From positions 1,408,001 through 1,472,000 of the forward strand of contig CBDFLE010000005.1 in assembly GCA_965248925.1 (NCBI GenBank): a stretch of DNA of 64,000 nt. The letters are read 5' to 3'. Origin of the DNA: Candidatus Multivoradales bacterium. Lineage in GTDB: Bacteria > Acidobacteriota > Thermoanaerobaculia > Multivoradales > J023. The translations under genes were made by a program, and so were the position numbers. Below are positions 42,614-51,806 of the stretch, piece by piece (positions within the stretch are counted from its first letter, which is position 1; each line of letters opens with the position of its first letter). A model generated the notes under the pieces. That model had not been told where the DNA came from. It saw only the letters and a list, made by a program, of their open reading frames with translations, and did not search any database.

Positions 42614-42914
42614 GGTCGGTTTCCCTTCGGGCACCACTGCGCCCTGGGGGGTTTCTCCCATGCAGGATGTCACTGATAGGAGACCGGCCGACTCATCTCA
42701 TCTGGCACCTATTTCTGGCAAGAGAGAACCCCGGAAATGCAGACAGCTATCTAGCTCACCAACTCTACAACCGCGATCTCGAACAAAGAGCGCTAAGGGG
42801 AGATCTAGCCCTTGACGGGCTACCCGCTAATGTGAATCAACTCTTTGGGCAAATCCCCATACTCAGCAGCCAAATGCTCCTGTAAGATCACGGCTTCTGA
42901 GAAGAGACGACGCT

Positions 42915-43523
42915 GTGAACCAAGACTCGGACATAACGGATCTGCTGCATGCCTGGCGGGATGGCGGCCCAGAGGGCCTCGATCAGCTGATGCCCCAGAT
43001 CATGGATGAGCTACGGCGGCTGGCCCGCGGCTACCTGGCGAGCGAAAGGCCCGATCACACCCTCCAACCCACCGCTCTGATCAACGAACTCTACCTGCGC
43101 TTGGCGGGGAGCCAACTGCGGGGCTTCGCCGATCGCCATCACTTCTTCGCTTTCGCCGCCAGCTTGCTGCGCCGAATTCTGGTCGATCACGGACGTGCCC
43201 GCCGCAGCCTCAAACGAGGGGGAAGGACCGAGCGGGTACCTCTCGATATGGCAGCGGACCAAGCGGCCAGCGCAGGTCTCGACCTGGACCTCGTGTTGGC
43301 GGTCGACCAAGCCCTGGCCAAGCTGGTGGACCTCAACCCACGGCAGGCGAAGATTGTCGAATTGCGCTACTTCGGGGGCCTGGGACTGCCGGAGATCGCC
43401 AGTCTTCTCGACTTGTCGCAATCCTCGGTGGAGAGAAGCTGGCGGGCCGCCAAACATTGGCTAGCCCACCAGATGACCAGCTCCCCAGCTTCAGCCCAAG
43501 CGCACGATCTACCGCTCAGGTAG
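42915..43523 (+). CDS. ECF sigma factor (kinase-associated, TIGR02999-like)
   Basis: DITDLLHAWRDG, HTLQPTALINELYLRL, RRILVDH, VELRYFGGL. Confidence 0.9.
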   Translation: MNQDSDITDLLHAWRDGGPEGLDQLMPQIMDELRRLARGYLASERPDHTLQPTALINELYLRLAGSQLRGFADRHHFFAFAASLLRRILVDHGRARRSLKRGGRTERVPLDMAADQAASAGLDLDLVLAVDQALAKLVDLNPRQAKIVELRYFGGLGLPEIASLLDLSQSSVERSWRAAKHWLAHQMTSSPASAQAHDLPLR

Positions 43524-43526
43524 GTT

Positions 43527-43868
43527 CTAGAACAGACACATCAGTCCAAAGCCGTCACAGTACACGACTTCACCCGGAATGCTGTAGCAGTCATAGTCAC
43601 CCTGGCAGGTTATGGTGTATCCGTTTGGCCGCCAAGGAGTAGCCGGGCAAGTCGTCGAGGCGGAGCAGCTCCCTCCTCCTCCCCATCGAGTGTCGGTTTC
43701 CTCACCTTTATCGGCACGCTCTGAGGCTGCGCCAACGGTTGAAGATTCGCTAGTCGAACCCACGGCTTTTTCCGCGTCCTGCGCCGGGGTTTCGTTGGAC
43801 TCGGCCGCCCAGGCGGCTCCGAAGCACAGACAAGTAATCGCTAGGCAAACAATGAAGATCTTTCGCAT
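43527..43868 (-). CDS. Small secreted protein with six-Cys C-terminal domain
   Basis: AGGA RBS; signal peptide ending AWA; acidic linker; CSASTTC...ITCQGDYDC...VYCDGFGLMC. Confidence 0.75.
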   Translation of the reverse strand: MRKIFIVCLAITCLCFGAAWAAESNETPAQDAEKAVGSTSESSTVGAASERADKGEETDTRWGGGGSCSASTTCPATPWRPNGYTITCQGDYDCYSIPGEVVYCDGFGLMCLF

Positions 43869-43978
43869 GACACTGCATCCTTTCCTTGAAGGGCCGGCTG
43901 CTGCCAGCCCTGTGGATGGGCATGGGATGCCCGGTAATTGGCTCTACCTGTGCCAGCGGAAAAGGAGGATCAAACCCT

Positions 43979-46900
43979 TCACTGTTTTTCAGCACCTTTC
44001 TCCACAACCCGCAGCTCCCGGTAAGATGTGGCCTGGGCCTGTTGGCCGTTGATCTCGTAGGCAGCGATCAAACGTTCCAGAGCGTTCTTGCTGCGAAAGT
44101 CCGCCGCGCCCAGCTCGGCGTGCAGCGCCCGGTAACTTTCGACCAAATGTGGCTCTGCCTCTCTCATCCGTCCTTGATCCCCTAGAATCTCTCCCAGTTG
44201 ACTCCTGGCGCTGAAGGTCTGCCTATGCCCGCCGCCGAAAGTCGACTCGTAGATAGAGACTGCTTCGCGCATCGGCGACTCGGCGGCCTGGAACTGACCT
44301 TGGAGATGTTTGAGCTTGCCGAGGTTTTGTAGCGTCGTCGCCAACAGTTGATGTTTGGCGGCAACGGTTTGCCGGTAGATTCCGAGGGCGCGGTTCAGGT
44401 AGCTCTCGCTCTCGGACCATAGGCCCTGGTCGAGGCAGGCGACTCCCAGCGACAACAACACTACCGCCACTCGCGAATGACTCTCACCCAGAAGAGCAAT
44501 CCGAACCGTGAGCGCTTGTTGCAGCAGCTCCTGGGCTCGCGAGTAGTCCTGCCGCCTGATGTAGACGTTGGCCAAGCTCTGCTGGGCAGCGGTGGTGCCC
44601 AGGTGGGGACCGTCTTCTTGCAGCTCCCAGATCCGTAGGGATTCGAGAAAGTAGCGCTCCGCTTGGTCCAGATCCAGCTGCTGAAAACGCAGATTACCCA
44701 AGTTGCTCAAAATTGAGGCAATGTTTGGGTGCCGTCCCCCCACCACCGCCCGCCAAGCCGCCAGGGAGCGCAGCAGCATCACCTCCCCGTTTTCGATATC
44801 GCCGCGCATCATCCGTGCGGTCGCGATGTTGTTGAGCAAGGTTGCGGTCACGAAATGACCGTCACCGACAAGTTCCTGCTGAATATCGAGTGCTTGCAAA
44901 TAGTAGTCTTCGGCCAGGCGCACCCGCCCCTGGCTGGCCATCACCACTCCCAGGTTGAGCAGGGCCTCGGCAGTTTCCTTCTTGCCCTCACCGAGAGATC
45001 GACGGGAAATCTCCAAGGTCTCCAGCAGCAGCGCCTCGGCGGCTGGATAGTCCTCTTCGAGGCGCAGTTGATTGGCAAGTTCGATGGCTTGGCGAATAGC
45101 TCGGGGATGCTCGACTCCTACTAACTTGTGGACCATCTCAAGACCGCGGCGCTGAGTACGCCGTGCCTGGTCGTGGAGGCCCTGCCTGCTCTCCACAGTG
45201 GCCAGGACGCTCAGCCCGGTGGCCAGATCCAGATGGTCGTCACCGAGTTCGCGCTGCCATATCTCGAAAGCAGTTTGCAGATGCTCGGTCGCTTCGGTGA
45301 GGCGCTCCTGGTCGCGCAACACTACCGCCAGGTCCAGGTGTGCATTGGCGATCGCGGGCTGGTTCCTGGCCAGACGTTGGTACATGGTCAGCGCCGACCT
45401 TAAATTGGACTCCGCCGGCGCGTAGATACCCAGATCGGTCAGCGTGTCGCCGAGATGCTGGAGCGATCTCGCTAGCTCAGGTGCCGGCGGTCGAAGGAGC
45501 TGGCGCTGGATCGCCAAGGCCCGTTCCCCCCGCTCGCGAGCTTGTGCCAAGTGGCTGTCGTAACGGTCGAGAACCGAGAGCTGGTAGAGCGTTGCCGCTG
45601 TTTCTATGTGGCGCTCGCCGTGAGTATCGAGGCGAATGTCGAGCGCTCTGTCGAGGAACTGGCGAGCTTCAGCGTAGGAGCCCAAGCTGGTGTAGACCCG
45701 ACCCAAAGTATGCATCACAGCGGCTTGCAGCAGCGGTTGCTCGGCCAAGCGGTCGATCTCTTCGACACTACGATCGAGTACCTCGCGCACGGAGATGTCT
45801 CCTCCGGCCGCATCCAGAGGGTCGGCGGCGGCAAGCATCTCGACCAAGAATGATGTCGCCCGCGCCGCTTGATCTTTGGCTTGGCGAGCTTCTCGACTAG
45901 AGGCTTGGCGGTCGAGACCAAAGAAAAGGCCAACGATCAGTAGACTGCTGGCCGCGACCAATTCTCGCCGCCTGCGGCCGAGGAACTTACCTAGCCGATA
46001 GACTGCCGTTCCCGATCGCGCCAGAATGGGCCGGCCCGCAAGGTGGTGGCCCAGGTCGCTCGCCAATGCTCGCACCGAGTCATAGCGCTGAGTCGGATCC
46101 TTGGCTAGAGCGGTGAGCAAGATGGTGTCGAGATCGCCGCGCAGCCTGCGGGCTAGCCACCGCGGTTCCAAACCTCGCAGTCCACTCAACTCCCGCCGCA
46201 GCGCCACCGTACCGGCGCTCACTACCGCGGCACTTGGTCGCAGCGACTCTACCTGGCGCACGATCTGTTCAAGTTCGCTCGCCGAGACTCCCGTCACGGC
46301 ATAGGGCAACTGGCCAGTCAACATCTCGAAAAGCAGCACTCCCAAGGCATAGACATCGGTGGCGGTGGTGATCGGGCCGCCGTCGAACTGTTCCGGGCTA
46401 GCGTAGACCGGGGTCAGGCGACGCAGACCGGCGGTGGTCTGCGTCGCACTCTGGAAACTGACCGGATCGAGGAGCTTGGAAATGCCAAAGTCCAACAGCG
46501 CCAGCTCGCGGTCGCGGGTGACCAGGATGTTCGCCGGCTTCAGGTCTCGATGGACAATCAACCGCTGGTGGGCATGGTGCACAACCCTGCAAACTCGCCG
46601 CACCAAGTCGATTCGGGCTCCGATCCCTAGCTGCCGGCGGTCGCAGTAGTGATCGAGGCGCTCACCCTCGATATAATCCATCACCAAGTACGGTCGCCCA
46701 CGATCCGAAGTGCCACCGCCCAACAAGCGAGCGATTCCAGGGTGGCGCAACGACTCCAAGACCTCACGCTCGCGGCGGAAGCGCCGCGCCAACTCGTCGG
46801 TCTCGAGCCCCCGCTTGAGCAACTTCAAAGCCACCGGCTGGCCACCGTGCAGAGTCTCACTGCAAGCCAAGTAGACCTTGGATGTCCCCCCTTCCCCAAG

Positions 46901-47170
46901 AAGTCGCAGCAACTTGTAGGATCCGAAGGTACCTGTCTCGATCTCTGGATCCCGATCGTCCCAGAACCCCTGGAGTGGCGAAGAATCCAAGCGCTGCAAG
47001 AGATCGCTAGACGGCTCCAAGAGGGCCTTGGAGAGCTGTAGGAGGCGCTCGTCTTCGGCACATCGGCGGCGCAGAAAACTACTCCGTTGGCTCGGCGCCA
47101 GGTTCAGAGACTCGGTCATCAGCGCATGCGCGCGCTGTTCCAAATCTCGATCTTGGTCTCTGCCTCGCAT
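43979..47170 (-). CDS. Ser/Thr protein kinase with TPR sensor domain
   Basis: LGEGGTSKV, VALKLL, VHRDLKPANIL, DFG, YASPEQ; TM segment; many TPRs; ATG 47170 after GAGGAG. Confidence 0.92.
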   Translation of the reverse strand: MRGRDQDRDLEQRAHALMTESLNLAPSQRSSFLRRRCAEDERLLQLSKALLEPSSDLLQRLDSSPLQGFWDDRDPEIETGTFGSYKLLRLLGEGGTSKVYLACSETLHGGQPVALKLLKRGLETDELARRFRREREVLESLRHPGIARLLGGGTSDRGRPYLVMDYIEGERLDHYCDRRQLGIGARIDLVRRVCRVVHHAHQRLIVHRDLKPANILVTRDRELALLDFGISKLLDPVSFQSATQTTAGLRRLTPVYASPEQFDGGPITTATDVYALGVLLFEMLTGQLPYAVTGVSASELEQIVRQVESLRPSAAVVSAGTVALRRELSGLRGLEPRWLARRLRGDLDTILLTALAKDPTQRYDSVRALASDLGHHLAGRPILARSGTAVYRLGKFLGRRRRELVAASSLLIVGLFFGLDRQASSREARQAKDQAARATSFLVEMLAAADPLDAAGGDISVREVLDRSVEEIDRLAEQPLLQAAVMHTLGRVYTSLGSYAEARQFLDRALDIRLDTHGERHIETAATLYQLSVLDRYDSHLAQARERGERALAIQRQLLRPPAPELARSLQHLGDTLTDLGIYAPAESNLRSALTMYQRLARNQPAIANAHLDLAVVLRDQERLTEATEHLQTAFEIWQRELGDDHLDLATGLSVLATVESRQGLHDQARRTQRRGLEMVHKLVGVEHPRAIRQAIELANQLRLEEDYPAAEALLLETLEISRRSLGEGKKETAEALLNLGVVMASQGRVRLAEDYYLQALDIQQELVGDGHFVTATLLNNIATARMMRGDIENGEVMLLRSLAAWRAVVGGRHPNIASILSNLGNLRFQQLDLDQAERYFLESLRIWELQEDGPHLGTTAAQQSLANVYIRRQDYSRAQELLQQALTVRIALLGESHSRVAVVLLSLGVACLDQGLWSESESYLNRALGIYRQTVAAKHQLLATTLQNLGKLKHLQGQFQAAESPMREAVSIYESTFGGGHRQTFSARSQLGEILGDQGRMREAEPHLVESYRALHAELGAADFRSKNALERLIAAYEINGQQAQATSYRELRVVEKGAEKQ

Positions 47171-47445
47171 GGTGTCTCCTCGGCGCGCCGGTGGCTTGAT
47201 GGCGACAAGAATTCGGCTCGCAAACAGTATATGTTCGGGGCTCTTACTGCTTTGGTCCTGGGGAAAGCTACTGAAGAGTAGAAGATACCGAGTGCTGGCG
47301 AAGCCCTGTGACTTTCTCCGAGCAACCCGGTCTGCTCTACTAGAAAAACAACTACTGCGGCCCGATCTACTCACCGCGGATTCTCTCCGCGGTGAATTCG
47401 GCTGGGCTGCAATTTCTGACAAGTCTTAGAAAAGGAGCCCGTTGA

Positions 47446-48303
47446 ATGCAAAGCGAGTCGACGCCTGGAGCCTTGCCCCAAACCCTGCTTGAAAACCTGC
47501 TTGAAAACTTGCAAGGAGCCCTCACCGCATGGGGCCCCAAAGTACTTGCCGCCTTGGCGATCCTGGTCGTCGGCTACTTCGGCGCCAAGATCGTTGCTGC
47601 CCTCTTTGCCAAGGGGCTGAAGCAGGCCCACTTCGATGAGACCTTGGTCCGGTTCTTGAAGAACATCGTCTACATGCTGATCCTGGCCTTCGTGGCCATC
47701 GCCGCCCTTTCCAAATTAGGCTTCGACACTACTTCGCTAGCCGCTATCTTTGCCGCCGCCGGCCTGGCTATCGGCTTTGCGCTTCAGGGCTCGCTGGGTA
47801 GCTTCGCCTCTGGAGTCATGCTGATCGCGCTACGCCCATTCAAGGTTGGCGATCTAGTAGAAGTTGCTGGCGTCACCGGCGTGGTCGAGGAAGTAAGTGT
47901 CTTCGCCACTACCCTCAACACCACCGACAACACCAAAATCATCGTCCCCAACGGCGAAATCACCGCCGGCAACATCTCTAACTACACTGCCAACGACGCC
48001 CGCCGTCTCGACATGGTTTTCGGCATTGGCTACACCGATGACATCCGCAAAGCAAAAGAAGTCTTCATGCGGGTGCTGAAGGAAGAGCCGTTGGTGCTCG
48101 ACACTCCGGCACCGCAGGTGGCGCTATCTGAACTGGCCGATTCGAGCGTCAACTTCGTGGTCCGCCCCTGGGTTAAGCCAGAGCACTACTGGAAAGCCTG
48201 GTTCGCCATCACTGAGAAGATCAAGCTCGAGTGCGATGCCAACGGGCTGTCGATCCCCTACCCGCAGCAAGACACTCACATCCACCAGGTCAACGCGGCC
48301 TGA
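47446..48303 (+). CDS. mscS: Small-conductance mechanosensitive channel
   Basis: AGLAIGFALQGSL, RPFKVGD, IIVPNG, IPYPQ. Confidence 0.92.
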   Translation: MQSESTPGALPQTLLENLLENLQGALTAWGPKVLAALAILVVGYFGAKIVAALFAKGLKQAHFDETLVRFLKNIVYMLILAFVAIAALSKLGFDTTSLAAIFAAAGLAIGFALQGSLGSFASGVMLIALRPFKVGDLVEVAGVTGVVEEVSVFATTLNTTDNTKIIVPNGEITAGNISNYTANDARRLDMVFGIGYTDDIRKAKEVFMRVLKEEPLVLDTPAPQVALSELADSSVNFVVRPWVKPEHYWKAWFAITEKIKLECDANGLSIPYPQQDTHIHQVNAA

Positions 48304-48377
48304 GCCCAGACGCAATCTGATGTCGATAGAGCCGGTGCGTTGCAGCCGAACCACCGGCTCTTTTCTGCTCGGCCGTC

Positions 48378-49370
48378 TCAAGTCACCTTTTTGAATCCTG
48401 CCCGTAGATTGACGAATCGGTTCAGCAGGTCGAACCAAAACGGCGCCCCCAGAGAAGCCGCCAAACCGGTCAGCAGAAAGCCCAAGAAATGGCCGGCTAT
48501 CCACTGCCAGAAAACCGCCAAGAAAGAGCTTCCCGAATGCTCCCGCCTCGCCTCAGCCAGGGAGGTCAAGGGTAGGTCGAATTCTTGGAATTCCAGAATC
48601 AGCGCTTCGAGGTCTTCCCGATCGTTCCCTTTAGAGACCTCAGATACCGCCGCGGCCTCAGCCGCCGTCTGGCCCGCGGTCGCGCCCTCCAGCGCCGCAG
48701 CCGGCGCGTCGGCAGCGACCAAATCCGGATGCTGTTGCAGATAGTCGGTCGCTGCTGCGACCACTTTGCCGCGCAACTCATCGTCGGTCCACAGTTCCTC
48801 GCCAATCTGCAAGGAGTCGACTCCCATCACCGCCGCCACCGCCAACGAAATCCCCAATAGCATGGTCTGCGACCAGCGCTTGTACCAACCGGACACCTCG
48901 TCCATCGAGGCGTCGAACCAATCACCGATCCCTTGCTTGGCCTGCTCGAAATCACCAGCCGCACTGTCCACCAGGGTCAGCAGAGCCCGCTGGACGGCCG
49001 TGTCTTCGATCTTCTCTACCGCCCCCCGCAACCCGGCGAAGTCGGTCGGCAACCCCTCCTTCTCATCCAAGCTCGACAGCAAGCCGAGGACAAAAGTCTT
49101 GGTCGGCACATAGGCTGGCCAGGCGGTGTTCAGACGCAACAAGCGGCTGAGCCCGGCAAACCAGGTCGGGTGCTTCAGCCCGGCGACCAGCGGGTGCTCG
49201 TGCACTTGCCGACCAAGCTCGCTGCCCACCAGATTCTTCACCCCTCGCCACAGCATTCGCCCTCGCATCGCCAAGATCCCGGCAAACCACTCGTTGATCA
49301 TCGACGAGATCAGGCTGACAAAGGCAAAAACGAAAGCTAAACCAACTACGACTTCCAGAATGTCCAGCAT
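48378..49370 (-). CDS. Conserved hypothetical membrane protein
   Basis: MLDILEVVVGL after AGGAGG; HPLVAGL, WFDASMDEVSGWYKR, LGAPFWFDLLN. Confidence 0.75.
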   Translation of the reverse strand: MLDILEVVVGLAFVFAFVSLISSMINEWFAGILAMRGRMLWRGVKNLVGSELGRQVHEHPLVAGLKHPTWFAGLSRLLRLNTAWPAYVPTKTFVLGLLSSLDEKEGLPTDFAGLRGAVEKIEDTAVQRALLTLVDSAAGDFEQAKQGIGDWFDASMDEVSGWYKRWSQTMLLGISLAVAAVMGVDSLQIGEELWTDDELRGKVVAAATDYLQQHPDLVAADAPAAALEGATAGQTAAEAAAVSEVSKGNDREDLEALILEFQEFDLPLTSLAEARREHSGSSFLAVFWQWIAGHFLGFLLTGLAASLGAPFWFDLLNRFVNLRAGFKKVT

Positions 49371-49459
49371 CGGTCTCCTCCTGCGGTTGGATCTGGGCAA
49401 GGATACACCTACCCCAAAGATCCGTGACAATCAGCGACTCGACCCTGACTAGGTTTCAA

Positions 49460-49839
49460 TCACCCGACCTGTCGCGCCCGCCACCTGCCCCCCAAGACGG
49501 TGCCCGGCAGCAACAAGCTGAGGAAGCTCAGGTGATACCACAGCGGCATGACCTGCCAATACTGCACCTGAACCAGGATGCCGATGATCAGCTGCACCAC
49601 CCCCAGGGCCAACGCGTGACGCAGCTCTGCCCGGCGGGCGACCCGCGCGGTCAACCACCAGCGCCGATCGAACAGCCGACGCTCAACGCCAGAATAGCCA
49701 GCAACAAACCGCCATCCTCGGTCGAACCATCGGTCCGAAAGCGACTGGCGAAAGTGCCCCTGAGAACGGCATTTCCTACTAACCACAGCGCAGTCCAGGT
49801 CAGGAAACCCACCAAGACAGCACCTGCACTACGTCTCAT
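49460..49839 (-). pseudogene. Small membrane protein split by a 1-nt frameshift
   Basis: MRRSAGAVLVG...GCSIGAG continues in another frame as WLTARVARRAELRHALALG...PLWYH; shift near 49655. Confidence 0.65.
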
Positions 49840-49850
49840 GCCGACCTCCT

Positions 49851-50375
49851 TCAAACCCGCGCATCGAGTGGCCAATGCTCGCTAGCGCAACGTTTCGGGG
49901 CAAATGGAGCCAGAATCGCGAACAGCAGGTAGAGCAGTCGCGTGCCCAGCGATGGCTTGCCAGTCTCGATCACCGCCTTCAGGGTGTTGCAGATCATCGT
50001 CCCTCCCTGGAGCATTTGCTTGGCGGTCTTGGTGCCCTTGGCAAGATCTAGAATGGTCAAAGTGAACTCGACTCCGTCCGCCCGCTGCTCCAGGTCGTAG
50101 ACCACCTGGCAGGCAGGATCGTCGTAAGAAGTGAAGCGGAAGGTGTGGGAAAACCTCACCCGCTCCTCGATCTCGATCACCTCACCCGCCACCACCGTGT
50201 ACTTGCCGTTGGCGGAGCACATACGCACCGGTGCGCCGGGGGTCAGTTGGGTGGTGTGCAGCCGCGAATTGAACATCGCTTTCTGCAGTTCATCGGTCTT
50301 GGTCAGCTCATTCCACACCTGTTCGAGGGTGCCGTTGATGTGCACCTTGAAGACGTTTTTCGGTCGTTCGCTCAT
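49851..50375 (-). CDS. SRPBCC/AHSA1-like protein
   Basis: VHINGTLEQVWNELT, GEVIEIE; coupled to ArsR. Confidence 0.8.
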   Translation of the reverse strand: MSERPKNVFKVHINGTLEQVWNELTKTDELQKAMFNSRLHTTQLTPGAPVRMCSANGKYTVVAGEVIEIEERVRFSHTFRFTSYDDPACQVVYDLEQRADGVEFTLTILDLAKGTKTAKQMLQGGTMICNTLKAVIETGKPSLGTRLLYLLFAILAPFAPKRCASEHWPLDARV

Positions 50376-50713
50376 TCTTCCTCCGGGTTCTCGACACGAT
50401 ATTTGAGTGCCGTCAGGCCGGCTGTCCAGATAGCGCTGAATTCAGTCGTCCAACGGTCGTAGATCCCCTGGATCGGCACCGCGTTGAAGTACAGGAGACG
50501 CTGGCGCCCCTGGCGGCTGGAAATCACCAAATCGGCATCCTGCAGAACCTTCAAGTGCTTGATCACCGCAATCCGAGAGATCTCGAAATGCCAGCACAGC
50601 TCGCCAACGCTGAGCCCCGGCGAGTGGTTGAGAATGTCCAAGATCGACCGCCGTACCGAGCTGGCCAAGGCCTTGAAGGTCTGATCCATGGAAGTAGGTG
50701 ATTGCCTCTTCAT
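50372..50713 (-). CDS. ArsR/SmtB-family regulator
   Basis: FKALASSVRRSIL, SRIAVIKHLKVL, LYFNAVPI; start 50713 or 50689. Confidence 0.9.
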   Translation of the reverse strand: MKRQSPTSMDQTFKALASSVRRSILDILNHSPGLSVGELCWHFEISRIAVIKHLKVLQDADLVISSRQGRQRLLYFNAVPIQGIYDRWTTEFSAIWTAGLTALKYRVENPEEE

Positions 50714-50753
50714 ATGTAACCAATAAGTTACATATGAATGCACGAACTGTCAA
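50709..50753 (-). promoter_or_regulatory. ArsR operator palindrome overlapping a sigma70 promoter
   Basis: Perfect 12-bp IR TTCATATGTAAC-N6-GTTACATATGAA (50709-50738); minus-strand TTGACA-N17-TAACTT. Confidence 0.85.
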
Positions 50754-50760
50754 GGAGCAT

Positions 50761-50790
50761 AAAAAATGGCCCCCGGATTGCCCGAGAGCC
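50761..50790 (-). terminator. Rho-independent terminator (minus strand)
   Basis: GGCTCTCGGG-caat-CCGGGGGCC followed by ATTTTTT. Confidence 0.75.
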
Positions 50791-51282
50791 GAAGCTAGTA
50801 GAGGGACTCGTTCTGGACTGGTGACAACGAGGGGCTAGCTGGCGACCGCCATCGCGAGGCGCTCGCCTCGTTGTCCTTCTCGACCCCAGCGGTCTCTAAC
50901 CGGCGCGGGTCTGATGCACTGTGGCCCACCCTGATCGGTGCGGTGCTGGCGAACCCTGTTATGGCGCTTTCAGGCGCAACATAAGCAGGGCTCTCATCTC
51001 CTCCTTCTGCCCAGATTGTTGAGCGGCCCTCATACATAGAAAGTGCCACAGCCTGGATTTTTTTAGCAGCGTCTGGCAAGAAAGTCGAACTTTTCCCCGA
51101 TTCTTCTGTGCAATCAACCTATTGATAACAAGCTACTGCTTTGGAATCAGTGGTTTAAGACGTATAACTATTTACATAGGACATGCTCTGGGCGTTTAGC
51201 CAAATCTCCCTTATCCGAGGGCTTGGCGAAAGTTACTCCTGGCCAGATCTTGGCCACCAGTATCCCCTCGGGCCGCTCCTCC

Positions 51283-51711
51283 TCAATCGTCCCACTTGGC
51301 CGGCTTCGAGCGCTCTCGCTTGCGCTGGCTACGATGGCGCTTATCCTCCAGTCGACGTCGCTCGACCCGCCGCGACTTGCGGGTTGGGCGGCGCGTAGTG
51401 GGCAGCTCCAGGGCACCGCTCAACAACTCGACAAAGCGCTCTACGGTGGCTTCGCGATTGGCCGCTTGACTACGGTGACGCTGGCTGCTGACCGACAGCA
51501 CCTGCTGCCGGTTGATCCGTGTTGCCAGCACCTCGATGAGCCGCTGCCGCTGTTCCTCATCGAGGCTCGGTGAGCCGCCGACATCGAACCGCAGGGTCAT
51601 CCGGCTGCTGGTCTTGTTGACGTGCTGGCCACCAGGTCCGGAGCTGCGCGAGGCGGTAAAGCTGAGCTCGCTCTGAGGAATTTCCAGGTCGGGCGAAATC
51701 TGAATCATCAC
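51283..51711 (-). CDS. arfB: Alternative ribosome-rescue peptidyl-tRNA hydrolase ArfB
   Basis: RSSGPGGQHVNK, RSQAANRE, basic C-terminal tail. Confidence 0.93.
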   Translation of the reverse strand: MMIQISPDLEIPQSELSFTASRSSGPGGQHVNKTSSRMTLRFDVGGSPSLDEEQRQRLIEVLATRINRQQVLSVSSQRHRSQAANREATVERFVELLSGALELPTTRRPTRKSRRVERRRLEDKRHRSQRKRERSKPAKWDD

Positions 51712-51806
51712 AGTTCTCCGGGGTTCGAGGTGCGGGTACCTATGTTATGCAATAGGAACCGCCACGAGTTCCGTTCGGGGTCCACTGATCCGAGGAGAGT
51801 CTGCCA

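Larger units (their letters stand above)
41663..42703 (-). mobile_element. IS110-family (IS1111-type) element with internal deletion, inserted in the REP-like repeat
   Basis: Subterminal IRs ATGAGTCGGACGGTT (41666-41680) / GACCGGCCGACTCAT (42682-42696), 3 and 7 nt from the ends; CT core on both sides; flanks TCATATGTGC-CT and CT-GGCACCTATTTC rebuild one repeat. Confidence 0.88.

Noticed and set aside
30300-42717. Classical integron
   Set aside because: No IntI tyrosine recombinase and no attC-type RYYYAAC/GTTRRRY sites noticed; the resemblance is architectural only.
47486-47512. Tandem CTGCTTGAAAAC repeat at the start of mscS
   Set aside because: In-frame 12-bp duplication (LLEN twice) in a variable N-terminus; no further significance evident.
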